Assembly: GCF_009914755.1 (NCBI RefSeq)
Contig: NC_060937.1
Strand: one strand, 5' to 3'
Origin: the human T2T-CHM13v2.0 reference genome, Homo sapiens
DNA: 64,000 bases
Shown one piece after another: positions 40,881 to 59,940 of the stretch. Within the stretch, counting starts at the first letter, position 1. The number at the start of each line of letters is the position of its first letter. The position numbers and the translations under genes are program-made. The notes under the pieces are model-generated. The model was not told where the DNA came from, did not search any database, and saw only the letters and a program-made list of their open reading frames with translations.

Positions 40881-42599
40881 AAAACTTAGGAGCTTGGGAG
40901 TTATAAAAGATGAGCAAAACCTGGTTTTGTACCCAAGGAGTTTGCATTTGGATACTTGTTCAAATCTCATGTCATCTAACCCCATCTCAGAAAAAAGAAA
41001 TGACTGTATATCAAGAAGCATATTGAGATGAGTACCTAAGCAATTTAAAAGGGGTTATTTCAGCATGGCCACTGTAAAGTTATATGGGGTTTGCACTGCA
41101 CAAGGAAACATTGTCAGGAGGTGGGTTAGGAGCTTCAATCCAACCATGCTCAGCTTTCCCAGCTACACATTGGTAGGGACTGCATCTGCTGAAGATGTCC
41201 TTTTTCTATCTTGAGAAAAGGTATGGTAGAGGCCAGTGGTTGCCTTGATTCACATCCCAAACATGTGGGTCCTGGGTGATTTTGGTGGTGCTTAAAGAAA
41301 TGCAATAGCCTAAAATTCAGACAGGTAGTAGTAGAACCAAGAAAAAGCCCCAGGCTTGAGACATGTCCATTATTCTATTCAAACAGTTAACTATGAGGGA
41401 GAACTGAGGAGAAGGTCTAAATACATATTGAGTTCTAAGGTGGCAATTAAGGACATCTAATAGAATCTTTAAGTGGTCCCTATCTGACTCTAAGATGTCT
41501 CTCTGAGGTCAAGAAGGGTCAAACAGAGCCTCAAAACACAAATCTTGCTATTTAACATTCTCAATAATCTCAATGTTAGCTCCTCAATAGCTTTCAGATA
41601 TTATACCACTTGCTGCAAAATTAAAATTAGAGTCAATACAATGAGTACTCAGTATGCAAAACAATTCAAGGCTCTATTTCAGCATGAAGTTCCATTTAAG
41701 CTGCAGGAATAAAAGGAAAAGACAACCCTTTGTTCTCTTTATTTCACAATCCTGCAAATGGTCTCTTAGCCAAAATAGTTCCTCTAATCTTTAAGTTTTA
41801 ATTAGCTGCCCACAATTCATAAAATATCAGGAATTAAAATTCTGATACCTCATTCTCCTGAGAAATGGCACACAATTAACCTCTTTTTTCTGGTCAAAGG
41901 CAGAAATTGAGAAAGGGTAATGACAAAATTAATCTATTCTGGTGGCGAGGCCTGCCATAAGGCTGGAAGACAGCATCCGACCCTGCGTCGAAGGGGAAAG
42001 CAATCTCTAGCACGTTGAGGAGCCTCAGATCAGTTGTGGCTTTTGTATTCATGGTGAATTCTATCACAAAACATGTGAGCCCCAAATATCTTACAAAAAT
42101 ATTAAATGATTCCCCAGGAAGAATCAACCTAGCCTGCCTTCCTTTCTCTCTAAAAAGAGGTAAATACAGAGGCTTTAAGTGGTCAGAAGCTCTGGCTTTC
42201 TAGCAAGGTGGGTAGAGAAAAAAAAGGACTGAGAAACTCACACCTTCCTGGCATCATCTCCAGATCAAAACATATGCTGGGCAGTAGTAAAGTCAGATGG
42301 AGTTTCTGGGACCAAGTTTATACCTTTCTATAATAATTAGTCCCCAGAAAATATAGATTCTGCTTTTATTCCCTAATGGTAAATCACACGGTAAATATTT
42401 AAGCAGAATTATCCGTATCCATTTAAACTCAGTTGAAAGCTCATGGGACAGAATACAGCCCAGTACTAAGAAGGTAAAGATATTTCAATGGAGGCTGTCA
42501 ATGAAGACAAAGGCAGGCCTAACTAGCCCACATTTAGAAGGTAAAGATGTTTCAACAGTGGCTCTCAATGAAGACACAGGCAGACCTGGGTAATAGGAT

Positions 42600-42822
42600 G
42601 GAGGCTGTGGAGTCCATCTGCCTGGTTTCAAATGCCAGCTTGGCAACTTACTAGTTGTGTGATCCAGGGCAACTTGCTTAACCCCTCTGAGTTTCTGCTA
42701 CATATCTCTAAAACAGGGACAAAAACCTGTGTTGTAAGGATAAAAGAGAGAATGCGTATAACATGCTTAGCTCAGTACCTGGCACTTCATGAGTGCTTGT
42801 TAAAGTTAGTTACTATTATTGT
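42600..42822 (+). mobile_element. MIR SINE
   Basis: ACTTACTAGTTGTGTGATCCAGGGCAACTTGCTTAACCCCTCTGAG core. Confidence 0.75.
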
Positions 42823-42895
42823 CAATAGAGGAACCTAAATATTTTTAATGAGTTTAAAAAAGAAAGATACATTTTCATGTTAAGAACCCTTTAGT

Positions 42896-43244
<349 letters not shown>

Positions 43245-43616
43245 TTAACAGCTTTATTAAGATATAATTCACAAACCATAAGACTCACTCATTTTAAATA
43301 CACAATTTGATGGCTTTTAGTATGTTCAAAGAGTTGTGAAACCATCGCCACAATTTTAGAACATTTGCATTATTATAAAAAGAAGCCCTATACCTAATAC
43401 CTAACATGTCCCAATCCCTCCGTTTCTCCCAGCCATAAACTTCCTGTGTCTATCGATTTACCTATTCTGGACATTTCATATCAATGGAACCATATAATAC
43501 ATAGTCTCTTAGGATGGGCTTCTTTCACTTAGCCCAGTGTCTTCAAGGTTCACCCATGTTGTAGCATGTATCAGGACTTATTCCTTTTTATGGCTGAATA
43601 ATATCCTATTGCATGG
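43245..43616 (-). mobile_element. L1MB-type 3' end
   Basis: ACAGCTTTATTAAGATATAATTCACAAACCATAA...TCTGGACATTTCATATCAATGGAA. Confidence 0.8.
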
Positions 43617-44055
43617 TGTGATAATTAATACTGTCAACTTGATTGGATTGAAGGATGCAAAGTATTGATCCTAGATGTGTCTGTGATGGTGTTGCCAAAG
43701 GAGATTAACATTTGAGTCAGTGAGCTGGGAAAGGCAGACCCACCCTTAATCTGAGTGGGCACAATCTAATCAGCTGCCAGCATGGCTAGAATATAAGCAG
43801 GGAGAAAAATATGAAAGGAGGGACTGACCTAGCCTCCCAGCCTACATCTTTCTCCCATGCTGGATGCTTCCTGCCCTCGAACATCAGACTCCAAGTTCTT
43901 CAGTTTTAGAGTTTTAGAACTCGGACTGGCTCTTTGCTCATCAGCCTGCAGATGGCCTATTGTGGGACCTTGTGCTCATGTGAGTTAATACTTAATAAAT
44001 TCCCCTTTATATATATATATAAATTCTGTTCCTCTAGAGAACCCTGGCTAATACA
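43617..44055 (+). mobile_element. MLT2A (HERVL) solo LTR
   Basis: TGTGATAATTAATACTGTCAACTTGATTGGATTGAAGGATGCAAAGTATTG...CTAGAGAACCCTGGCTAATACA. Confidence 0.88.
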
Positions 44056-44670
44056 TACGGATGTAGTACATTTTGCTTAATCATTGCTATTATTTTTGGA
44101 TTAATTGTGAATTCGATGCTAAGTTATAAAAAAAAGTGAGACGTAGTCCCAACTTTCATCCTTGTGGAGCTGCTTTGGAGCCTACAGGGTATGTTGACAC
44201 ACATGATTTCATTTGAACATGAGCAATTTCATTTGCAGCTCACCATGATCCTGGGTGACAGATGTCATTTTACACTTTAGAGATGAGTCCAGACAACTTA
44301 AGAGTCTTATTTAGCAAAGGTTATATAGCCATATAGTTACTGGCACCGCCAGAACTCAAACTCAGGCCTTCTGAATTGAGTCTGTGTTTTTCCTGGTACA
44401 GTCAAGCTGCAGGAGCATTAACCATGCAGTGGTGAGTGTGTGAAGATTGACGGTGTTAGCATACGTGTTTTACATCTGGGAGGAAGTTGAGAGTAGATAA
44501 AAGCCATTTACCATTACCTTCATTTGCTCCCAACATGCAATCACCAGAGAATATGTAGCCAGTAGAAGGGGGCCTGGGGTCTCCAACCTCAAAGCAAGAA
44601 TGTCGCAGTTTCTACTGGGGATGACCCACTCCTTGGGGAAGCAAATCAACCATTCCTTTGTTAAATGTTT

Positions 44671-45130
44671 TTGGTAGTGAAAGAAGCTCCATCTTGGGAT
44701 GCTAATCAGCCATACTGACTTCTGATTAACCTGAGTTCCAGGAATGCCTCTAAGATTTCTATTTTATCTTTTGTTTCTTGTATAAGAGCATGTACTTAAA
44801 ATAAATCTTGCCCTTAAGTCAAAACAACTTTGACCATAAATCCTGCCCTTAGGAAGATTCACAGTGCCTTCTTGCCTTTCCCTGGGGGGTGGACTTCAAT
44901 TGTCCTACATGCCCCTCACCTATGGTATCTAAGCCCTGAGTCTGAGGGTTAGTAGTACTGTGATGCACCATCTAGTCTTGCAGTTACCTGAGTCACAGAC
45001 ATGGCCTCTGTACATAAGTCCCTATTAAATGTTTCTTTCTAAGAAACTGGATTAGTCAATCTCTTTCTTTGGCCTCTCAACTTCCTCAGACTTTGGGATA
45101 GGTTTGCATAGACCTGCTCACTGTGGAACA
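44671..45130 (+). mobile_element. ERV solo LTR (LTR47-like; subfamily uncertain)
   Basis: GCTCCATCTTGGGATGCTAATCAGCCAT...; ATTAAA polyA-type signal near 45024; ends GGAACA. Confidence 0.6.
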
Positions 45131-46223
45131 GTGTTCCGTCTTCATATCTCCCTGGCTAAACCTCTATTCAAGGTTTTACAACTACGCCATTCCTAAGCAG
45201 CACCATTCTGATCAGAGACACTTTTGCCCTGCCCTAATTGGGGAGAAATGAGATTCTTGTCCTGTATTTACACCCCCACATAAGCCCCCAACACCTTTCT
45301 GAAAATGTATACAATAGCGTGCTTAAATTTCCCTGCTCCCTGGGCTGGAAAGAAATTACCTAAAATTCTGAGGACTCCATTTTTTTTTTACCATTTTGCA
45401 TTTCCCCCAAGCCCAAATCTAAGTAATTTGCTAACAATAACCATTCATGCACCCAAGTGAGTGCAAACGTATATATGACATCTGGAAACTACTTTGGGAG
45501 AGAAAGAAGAAAAAAGGGATTTGCAGTTCATCTGTGAACTTGAATTCAATAAAATGAGCTAATACCTCCCCCTTTATAGCAGGAGGAGATGATCTCCATC
45601 CAGACTGTTTCATCCCCAAAAAAGCTTTGGTTGCAACTCAAGCCGAGCTATGACCGGGGTGTAGAAGGCTGGCATTTGTAACAATACATTCTAGGTAGCT
45701 CCACTTCTCTCAGAAGCTGTGGTAAACCCAAAACAAGCTCCTGACAGGTGCAGGAAACTCAATGGGCTGTGGCACCTTCGGAATGGCTGAAGAATGAAAA
45801 GCAGCACTGACAAGGATGCCAGGGAGCAGGCTGTGGCTACCGCCTTATGTCTGCTCAGGATGGGGAGATCATGTGGCTACATGGCATCCTGGGCCGAGGA
45901 CAGCCTATGACCATCGCCACAGGCCTGCTTGCCCATAGCCGTCCTGGGCCAGCCCAGACCCTCCCTGGCAGCAATCCCCTCTGCCACTGGCCTGGAGACC
46001 CTTTAGATAGGCAGGCTCAGAGTCCTGTCTGAGGAGGTGGGAAAGCGTGAGCAAAGCCAGTGATCAAGTGCTGGCTGCTTTGTGATTCTCCTTCCATGAA
46101 AAGAGAGATTTTTATTGCATTTTGTGCGCATGTGCAGAGTGGCTTGCTGTCTTCCCCCAGAATTAAAAGCGTCTTTTCTTGGTTCAGCCTTGGGGTTGTT
46201 TCTGGAGAACCCTAGTAGGGTTT

Positions 46224-46983
<760 letters not shown>

Positions 46984-47211
46984 GGCTCCATCCCTTGGTG
47001 TAGGAATTACTTGCCATCTTTATTCTGTCTTTCCCTCATGTCACAGAGACACCCTGCCTCCTTCATTGCGGCCTAATCACAGCGAGAGAGGGTGCTCCCT
47101 TTGCTTTTGCAGGAGGTTGTGCCTCAGTGGATTGTGTCATATTAAACGCAACTCTTGAGGCCTCTGCACAGCTAAGATTACTGAAAAGATTTTCTTTTAA
47201 TGAATTTTCTC

Positions 47212-47370
47212 AGCTGTGCATGGTGGCTCATGTCTATAATCCCAGCCCTTTGGGAGGCCAAGGTAGGAAGGGGAAGATCACTTTAGTCCAGTAGTTTGAT
47301 ACCAGCCTGGGCAACATAGTGAGACTCTGTCTCTACAAAACATAAAAAATTAGCCAGGCGTGGTGGTGCC
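47212..47370 (+). mobile_element. Truncated Alu (left arm)
   Basis: GCTGTGCATGGTGGCTCATGTCTATAATCCCAGC...TTAGCCAGGCGTGGTGG. Confidence 0.88.
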
Positions 47371-47902
47371 ATGAATCTTTCTACCAGGAGTTTGCTTCTG
47401 CTAGATGACCACACAAATGTTTGGTTTGGCTGCATACACGTGTTGCTTCTGTAAACTGCTCTTCATTTAAGCCCAAAGGCCATGATGATTATAGCTACAA
47501 ATGGGTCAGCACAACTTCATTCAAAGTCCAATTTGATGAGCACACTGAATTCTGGCCACATGTGCTGTCTTCAAGGCTTTTAACTCATGGGGCATGATTA
47601 TCTACAGCAAGCTGACAGAACTATGGGGCATATGGCTCCTGGGTCCCAACTATGGGTACTATCATGGCAAGAGCCAAATCAGCACTCACTGTATGCCCAC
47701 TCATTTAGTTAACACACATCTACTGAGCCAGTACTTGAGTCAGGCCCTGTGGGATGCCCTGGAGCTGCAGTGATGAATAATGCACAATTTCTGTCTTCAA
47801 GCAATTGAGAACCAGATTAAAGACATTAAAAATCCAGCACAAAGAATTTCCCAAACTGTATTTGAGTAACACGGATATTCCGAGATATTAAAAGGCAATT
47901 CC

Positions 47903-48150
47903 AAGGCCAAGGTGAAAGGATCGCTTGAGCCTGGAGTTCAAGACCAGCCTGGGCAACACAGCAAGACCCCTATCTCTACAAAACATTTAAAAATTAGCTG
48001 GGCATGGTGGCATGCACTTGTAGCTACTCGGGAGGCTGAGGTGGGAGGATTGCTTGAGGCTAGGAGTTCAAGGTTGCAGTGAGCTATGATTGCACCACTG
48101 CACCCTGGCCCAGGTAACAGAGCAAGACCTAGCCTTCAAAATAAATAAAT
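47903..48150 (+). mobile_element. 5'-truncated AluJ; its tail is the L1 insertion site
   Basis: AGGCCAAGGTGAAAGGATCGCTTGAGCC...; (AAAT)n tail abuts the L1 5' end. Confidence 0.9.
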
Positions 48151-49179
48151 AGGGGTGATTCCAAGATGGCCGAATAGGAACAGCTCCAGTCTGCAGCTCC
48201 CAGCGAGATTGACGCAAAAGATGGGTGATTTCTGCATTTCCAACTGAGGTACCTGGTCCATCTCATTGGGACCGGTTGGATAGTGGTTGCAGCCCATGGA
48301 GGGGGAGCTGAAGCAGGGCAGGGTGTCGCCTCACCCAGGAAACACCAGGGGTCTAGGGATTTCCCTTTCCTAGCCAAGGGAAGCCGTGACAGACTGTACC
48401 TGGAGAAACAGTACACTCCTGACCAAATACTGCACTTTTCCCACAGTCTTAGCAACTGGCAGACCAGGAGATACCCTCCTGTGCCTGGCTCGGTGGGTGC
48501 CACGCCCATGGAGCCTTGCTCACTGCTAGCACAACAGTCTGAGATTGACCCGCAACACTGCAGCTTGACTGGGGAGGGGCGTCTGCCATCGCTGGGCCTT
48601 GAGTAGCTCACAGTGTAAACAAAGAGGCCAGGAAGCACAAACTGGGCAGAGCCCACCACAGCTCAGCAAGGCCTACTGCCTCTATGAATTCCACCTCTAG
48701 GGGGAGGGCATAGTAGAACAAAAGGCAGCGAACAGTTTCTGCAGACTTAAATGTCCCTGTCTGACAGCTCTGAAGAGAGCAGTGGTTCTCTCAGCATGGT
48801 GTTCGAGCTCCAAGAATGGACAGACTGCCTCCTCAAGTGGGTCCCTGACCCCTGTGTAGCCTGACTGGGAAACATCTCCCAGTAGGGGCCGACAGACACC
48901 TCAAACAGGCAGGTGCCCCCTGGGAAGAAGCTTCCAGAGGAAGGATCAGGCAGCAATATTTGCTGTTCTGCAGCCTCCGCTGGTGATACCCAGGCAAACA
49001 GGGTCTGGAGTGGACTTCCAGCAAACTCCAGCAGACCTGCAGCTTAGGGATCTGACTGTTTGAAGGAAAACTAACAAACGGAAAGGAATAGCATCAACAT
49101 CAAAGAAAAGGACATCCACAACAAAACCCCATCTGTAGGTTACCAATATCAAAGACCAAAAGTAGATAAAAGCACAAAG

Positions 49180-50207
49180 ATGGGGAGAAACCAGAGCAGA
49201 AAAGCTGAAAATTCCAAAAAACAGAACACCTCTTCTCCTCCAAAGGATTGCAGCTCCTCGCCAGCAAGGGAACAAAACTAGACAGAGAATGAGTTTGACG
49301 AGTTGACAGAAGTCAGCTTCAGAAGGTCGGTAATAACAAACTTCTCCAAGCTAAAGGAGCATGTTCTAACCCATCACAAGAAAGCTAAAAACCTTGAAAA
49401 AAGGTTAGATGAATGGCTAGCTAGAATAAACAGTGTAGAGAAGACCGTAAATGACATGATGAAGCTGAAAACCATGGCACGAGAACTTCGTGACGCATGC
49501 ACAAGTTTCAGTAGCCAATTTGATCAAGTGGAAGAAAGGATCTCAGTGATTGAATATCAAATTAGTGAAATAAAGTGAGAAGACAAGATTAGAGAAAAAA
49601 GAGTGAAAAGCAATGAACAAAACCTCCAAGAAATATGGGAATATGTGAAAAGACCAAATCTGCATTTGATTGGTGTACCAAAAAGTGACGGGGAGAATGG
49701 AACCAAGCTGGAAAACACTCTTTGGGATATTATCCAGGAGAACTTCCCTAACCTAGCAAAGCAGGCCAACATTCAAATTCAGGAAATAAAGAGAACACCA
49801 CAAAGATACTCCCTGAGAAGAGCAACCCCAAGACACATAATTGTCAGATTCACTAAGGTTGAAATGAAGGAAAAAAATGTTAAGGGCACCCAGCAAGAAA
49901 GGTCGGGTTACCCACAAAGGGAAGCCCATCAGACTAACAGTGAATCTCTCGGCAGAAACCCTGCAAGCCAGAAGAGAGTGGGGGCCAATATTCAACATTC
50001 TTAAAGAAAAGAATTTTCAACCCAGAATCTCATATCCAGCCAAACTAAGCTTCATAAGTGAAGGAGAAATAAAATCCTTTACAGACAAGCAAACGCTGAG
50101 AGATTTTGTCACCACCAGGCCTGCCTTACAAGAGGCTCCTGAAGGAAGCACTAAACACAGAAAGGAACAACCGGTACCAGCCATTGGAAAAACATGCCAA
50201 ATGGTAA
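49180..50207 (+). pseudogene. L1 ORF1p, disrupted
   Basis: ATG GGG AGA AAC CAG; fragments ...LQEIWEYVKRPNL..., ...ARREWGPIFNILKEKNFQPRISYPAKLSF; premature TAG near 49279 and frameshifts. Confidence 0.92.
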
Positions 50208-50270
50208 AGAGCATCGACACTATGAAGAAACTGCATCAATTAACGGGCAAAATAACCAGTTAACATCATA

Positions 50271-54088
<3,818 letters not shown>

Positions 54089-54404
54089 ACAACGAGAATA
54101 CATGGACACAGGGCAGGGAACATCACACACCAGGGCCTGTCAGGGAGTCAGGGGCTAGGGGAGGGATAGCATTAGGAGAAACACCTAATGTAAATGACAA
54201 GTTGATGGGTGCAACAAACCAACATGGCACATGTGTACCTATGTAACAAACCTGCACGCTGTGCACATGTACCCTAGAACTTAAAGTATAATAAAAAATA
54301 AACAAATAAATAAATGGCAATCCTTGAAAAGGGGGCTCCACAGCAAACTGCTTGGGAAATGCTAATTTTTGTGACCTTTCTCCCCCATTCCCTTTCCTCT
54401 CTCT

Positions 54405-55309
<905 letters not shown>

Positions 55310-56419
55310 TCGAGCAAATGTCTCTTACCAACTCAATTAGAATTGGCCAGTAGGTCATTGAAAAAGTTAATCAAAGCAAGGAATCATGACAAATTACACA
55401 AGCACCTTAAATAATTTACAGTATTTTATCTTAAAACATGTAACTGTTCATTCCTTTAAACATCTTTTTATGTATGTACACTTTGAGTGTAGGTTGACTG
55501 ACCAAAGTTCTTACACTTACTACACCTGTGATGCATCCTCCATGATTTCCAATAGAACAAGATCAAAACAATTGTTACAAAATAAGTTGGCTGCAGCTTC
55601 AGTCCACATTCACAAGTTTCCCCATATATATTTTATTCATAGGTATATAATTATATATTAAATAAAAATGTATATAATAAATTAAATAACCTATTAATTT
55701 ATCTCTGTTAGTTACCCTATTGTGTCCAACTCTCTCTCTTACTTTTACAAAGAGAAAGTAATCAAGTAAGTTTCCCTTGAAATCAAACCCTGATGTCTCC
55801 TCAAAGGAAGAACTGCTAAGTTTTCAGGTCAAGTCGAATGGAATGTACAATGAGTCAGGGGGCTGAGCCCTCATTACAGCTAAATGATGTGTTTCAGCTG
55901 ATGACTTCATTGTATTAAGTTTTGCCAAGGCATTCAACTTAATTTTCTTAGACCACCAATTATTTCTTTGTCTTTTGCTTTTCACATTCATATAGTAATA
56001 AGTACAACTGGCACAAACAGGTGTGGGAACAAGAGCAGCTTTTGGCCAAGCATACAAGTCAACTACTGGGAGCAGAAGCCTGCTGGGATACTAGAGAGTG
56101 GCCATAGGCTTTCAGTGGACCCTGATCATAAGTCAGTTTGTTTGAAAGAAAAAATGGAAAGCACAGGCTAAATCAAGTTTCTGCTCTACTGCCATCGGCT
56201 GCCCTGGGCAGGGAGTGAGATCTTCAAAGAGCAATCTGAAGCAATATCTGAAAGTTACTAAAGTACCTTCTAGGGAGGGTGGGTCTAGCTAACTTAAACA
56301 CTCTTGTTTGAATGCAGGAGGAAAATTTGAAGGCAAAAGATAATTTCCCCAACATCACAGCTGAGAGTTGCTATTAGCCGTAACATCCATCTTTCCCCAA
56401 TGCCATCCAAATAAATGTG

Positions 56420-56549
56420 GTTTGTTTGTTTTAGAGACAAGGTCTTGCTAAGTTGCCCAGGCTGGTCTCAAACTCCTGGGTTCAAATTATCCTCCCACTT
56501 CAGCCTCCCAAATATCTGGGATTACAGGCAAGTGCCACTGCACCTGGCC
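56420..56549 (-). mobile_element. FLAM/Alu monomer
   Basis: TAGAGACAAGGTCTTGCTAAGTTGCCCAGGCTGGTCTC...CACCTGGCC. Confidence 0.87.
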
Positions 56550-57889
56550 CAAATGAATGTTGAGTAAATATTCTGCAAACATCACTTGAAGGGACTGCAG
56601 CCCACTTGATTAGGCTGTCTGGAATGTTCAAATATCTGGCCTTACTTGAGAAATTTGTTTTTAGCTTGTTAATATATACAATTTAGAACATATACTATAT
56701 ACCTGTTTTCATGCAGACTATTTTATATGTCCACATGTCCTCAGTTGTATGTATCACAGAGTTTCACGGTATATGGCATGTTTGACTAAATGATGGAAGA
56801 GGTTCAAGACTAGTCACCTGCATGAGTTGATTGCAAAGGAACGTTTGGCCTTTGGCTAAATAAGGAGGAAGCATTATTGCTGTAAGTATCAGGGCAATAA
56901 TATGGAGAAATGACATGGAAATAGTATCTGTCACTCCACCCAGCCCAGTGGAATGAGGCTCTGCCAGAAACTGAAGGATAGTTTTCATATAAATCTGTCA
57001 GATAAGGATGCTTCAAGAGCTACCAGCAGCTCTCCTATGCAGATATGCAGAGCACAATACTCAGCACCCCTGTAAGCATTAATGTAGGCAGTGCCTGGAA
57101 CTATAGCAGAACCCATGAGGCCAAGCAAGAAATGAGGGAAGCTAGTGGACCAGAGGTCCAATTGTGATGCTAGCAGTCTGAGATTTATTTGTGAAAATAC
57201 ATGCAACATTCCTGGGCAGGTGCAAATGGGCATCTTTCTAATTGCAGAGGTCGTCAATAAATAGTTGGAGCAAAGACAGAAAATTCTGAGCTATGGCCAG
57301 TACTGTGATTTCGCCTATACCCTCAGATTGGTAGGGCACAGTGAATCACAAAAAAACACTATTAATATATTGGTGCTTGTAAATGGCGTAGCCCCTCCCA
57401 GGTTTCCCTCTTCGAGGAAGAATGTCTCCTGCCACCCGTAGAGGCTCTATGGTTAACTAAAGTCAATCTAGCTCCTCATCAGCATCTTAAAGAGGTGTTC
57501 ACAGGAAATAGCCTAACCCCTAATACCACAGAAAAGTTTGCTAGTGCTTCCAAATGATCTCAAGAACTAGCTCAGAAGCCAGTAAATGACAAAATCTTTC
57601 CAGATTTAGAAAAATTTAGCCTTTTATTTAAGGTCCAGGAGACAAAAGGTTGTGTTCAGAAATGTGGCTGCAACCAGGAGCCAATGGTCGATACAGTTTA
57701 GGACCAGGGTTGATAGATCCGACCCTCAAGGATGCCATGTACCAAAAGGCCTGGACCTGATGATTTAACATTGACATTGGACAGAGTAATGTTCTGGGAG
57801 CAGCCAGGGCCTGTGATGCCTCCAAGAAGCTGCTCTTCAAAGGGGACCTCCCAAACATGCCTGCTAAAGACCAACCCAGTGTAACCTAG

Positions 57890-58614
<725 letters not shown>

Positions 58615-59454
58615 CCTGGTAACCCTGTAAGAATAATTGAATTGGTAATTGGCGGATCAAGTAAAATGTTTCCATTATTAGGACATGTATCTATTTGTGC
58701 CAGACTGTTAGTTTCTTTAAATTTCTCTGAACACAAAATCTTTAGTTCTCAATCTCAGTTACATCTGAAAGGTTTCCCAAATCTCATTTCTCTAGAAAGT
58801 TCTTCAAACCTTCCATTTAAAAATAGCAGTCAGAACATCTAGTAACTTGAAAGATGGGGAGAATGCTGTTGTTGCTAAGACATTTTTTGAATGTCAACCA
58901 TGTAATGTGTGACTATGATCCTGGTTCATAGGATTACAACCTAAATTAACCCAAGTTAGTGTCCTGGCAGATGGCCGTTCCTAAACTGCCTAAACTTGTC
59001 TCTGTCTCTGTTAGATTAAGACAATCCCATGATCTTTTTGAAGTACTAACAAAGACTTACAGCTTCCTGCTCTCCTGTGCTGCCATGTTGAAGAAGATGT
59101 AGAGCCTTTTTTATTGCTTTCTACAAATTATGCAAGTGAGAAAAAAAAACAAATAAAAACGAAAACACTGAAAATCATCCATAACCTTAAATTAACCATA
59201 CAACCTTTTTAGTCCTGAAATAGTTGCTTACTGTTAAGTCAATAGATGTAAACAAGCAATTCTTGAGAACCTAAAATGTTTCTGGCACTTGGCTAGGTGA
59301 CATAAGATGTGGAAAAGGAATAAGAACGTCAGTGTAGGCTCTCAGAAGAGTTGATTCTCATGTTAGGAAATATAATAAAAACAAGTACAGCCAAGGATTA
59401 TGATGCAGTGGTGACCCACCATTGGCAGGATGAAAAAAGAGGAGAAGTACTCTT

Positions 59455-59940
59455 ACTCATTCAACAAAAATGCATTGAGCACCTACTATGAGTTTTCTGC
59501 TAGTCATGTGAATCCTGACCTTAAGGAGATAATAGCAGCCAGTCAGAAAATCAGACCAATAAAATACACAACCAGAAGATGATATCCAGGTTATTGTGTG
59601 GATAAGGTATAGGGAGTACAGGATGGAAGAAACAGCTAAGTTTTCTCGGGCAGCCAAGATGAGATGTTGCGGAAAGTGACTCCTGAAAGAAGGGTGGAGC
59701 TTGTAGAGAGTGCTTACTGAGCCTGCAGGACCTGCCTGACTACATGCCAAGCACTCTTCATGGATTATCTTATTTAATTCTCACACTAGCCCTATAAAAT
59801 AAGGATTTTTATTTTTCTCCATTTTACAGACAGGGAGACTGAAACAAAGAAGAGTTACGGAACTTCTGGATATTACACAGGCAGGGGGTGAGCCTGGAGC
59901 TCTGGCCCAGGCAGCCTGCCTCCAGAGGCTGTGCTTCCCA
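59455..59940 (-). mobile_element. L2 3' end followed by MIR
   Basis: CTCATTCAACAAAAATGCATTGAGCACCTACTATG; CCATTTTACAGACAGGGAGACTGA. Confidence 0.7.

Noticed and set aside
45640-46030. GC-richer, coding-looking stretch; possible processed pseudogene
   Set aside because: Only a 61-aa ORF with no recognisable homology, poly(A) tail or TSD.
59502-59511. Isolated M-box core AGTCATGTGA
   Set aside because: Single motif inside an L2 fragment 58 kb from the promoter with no supporting cluster; expected by chance.
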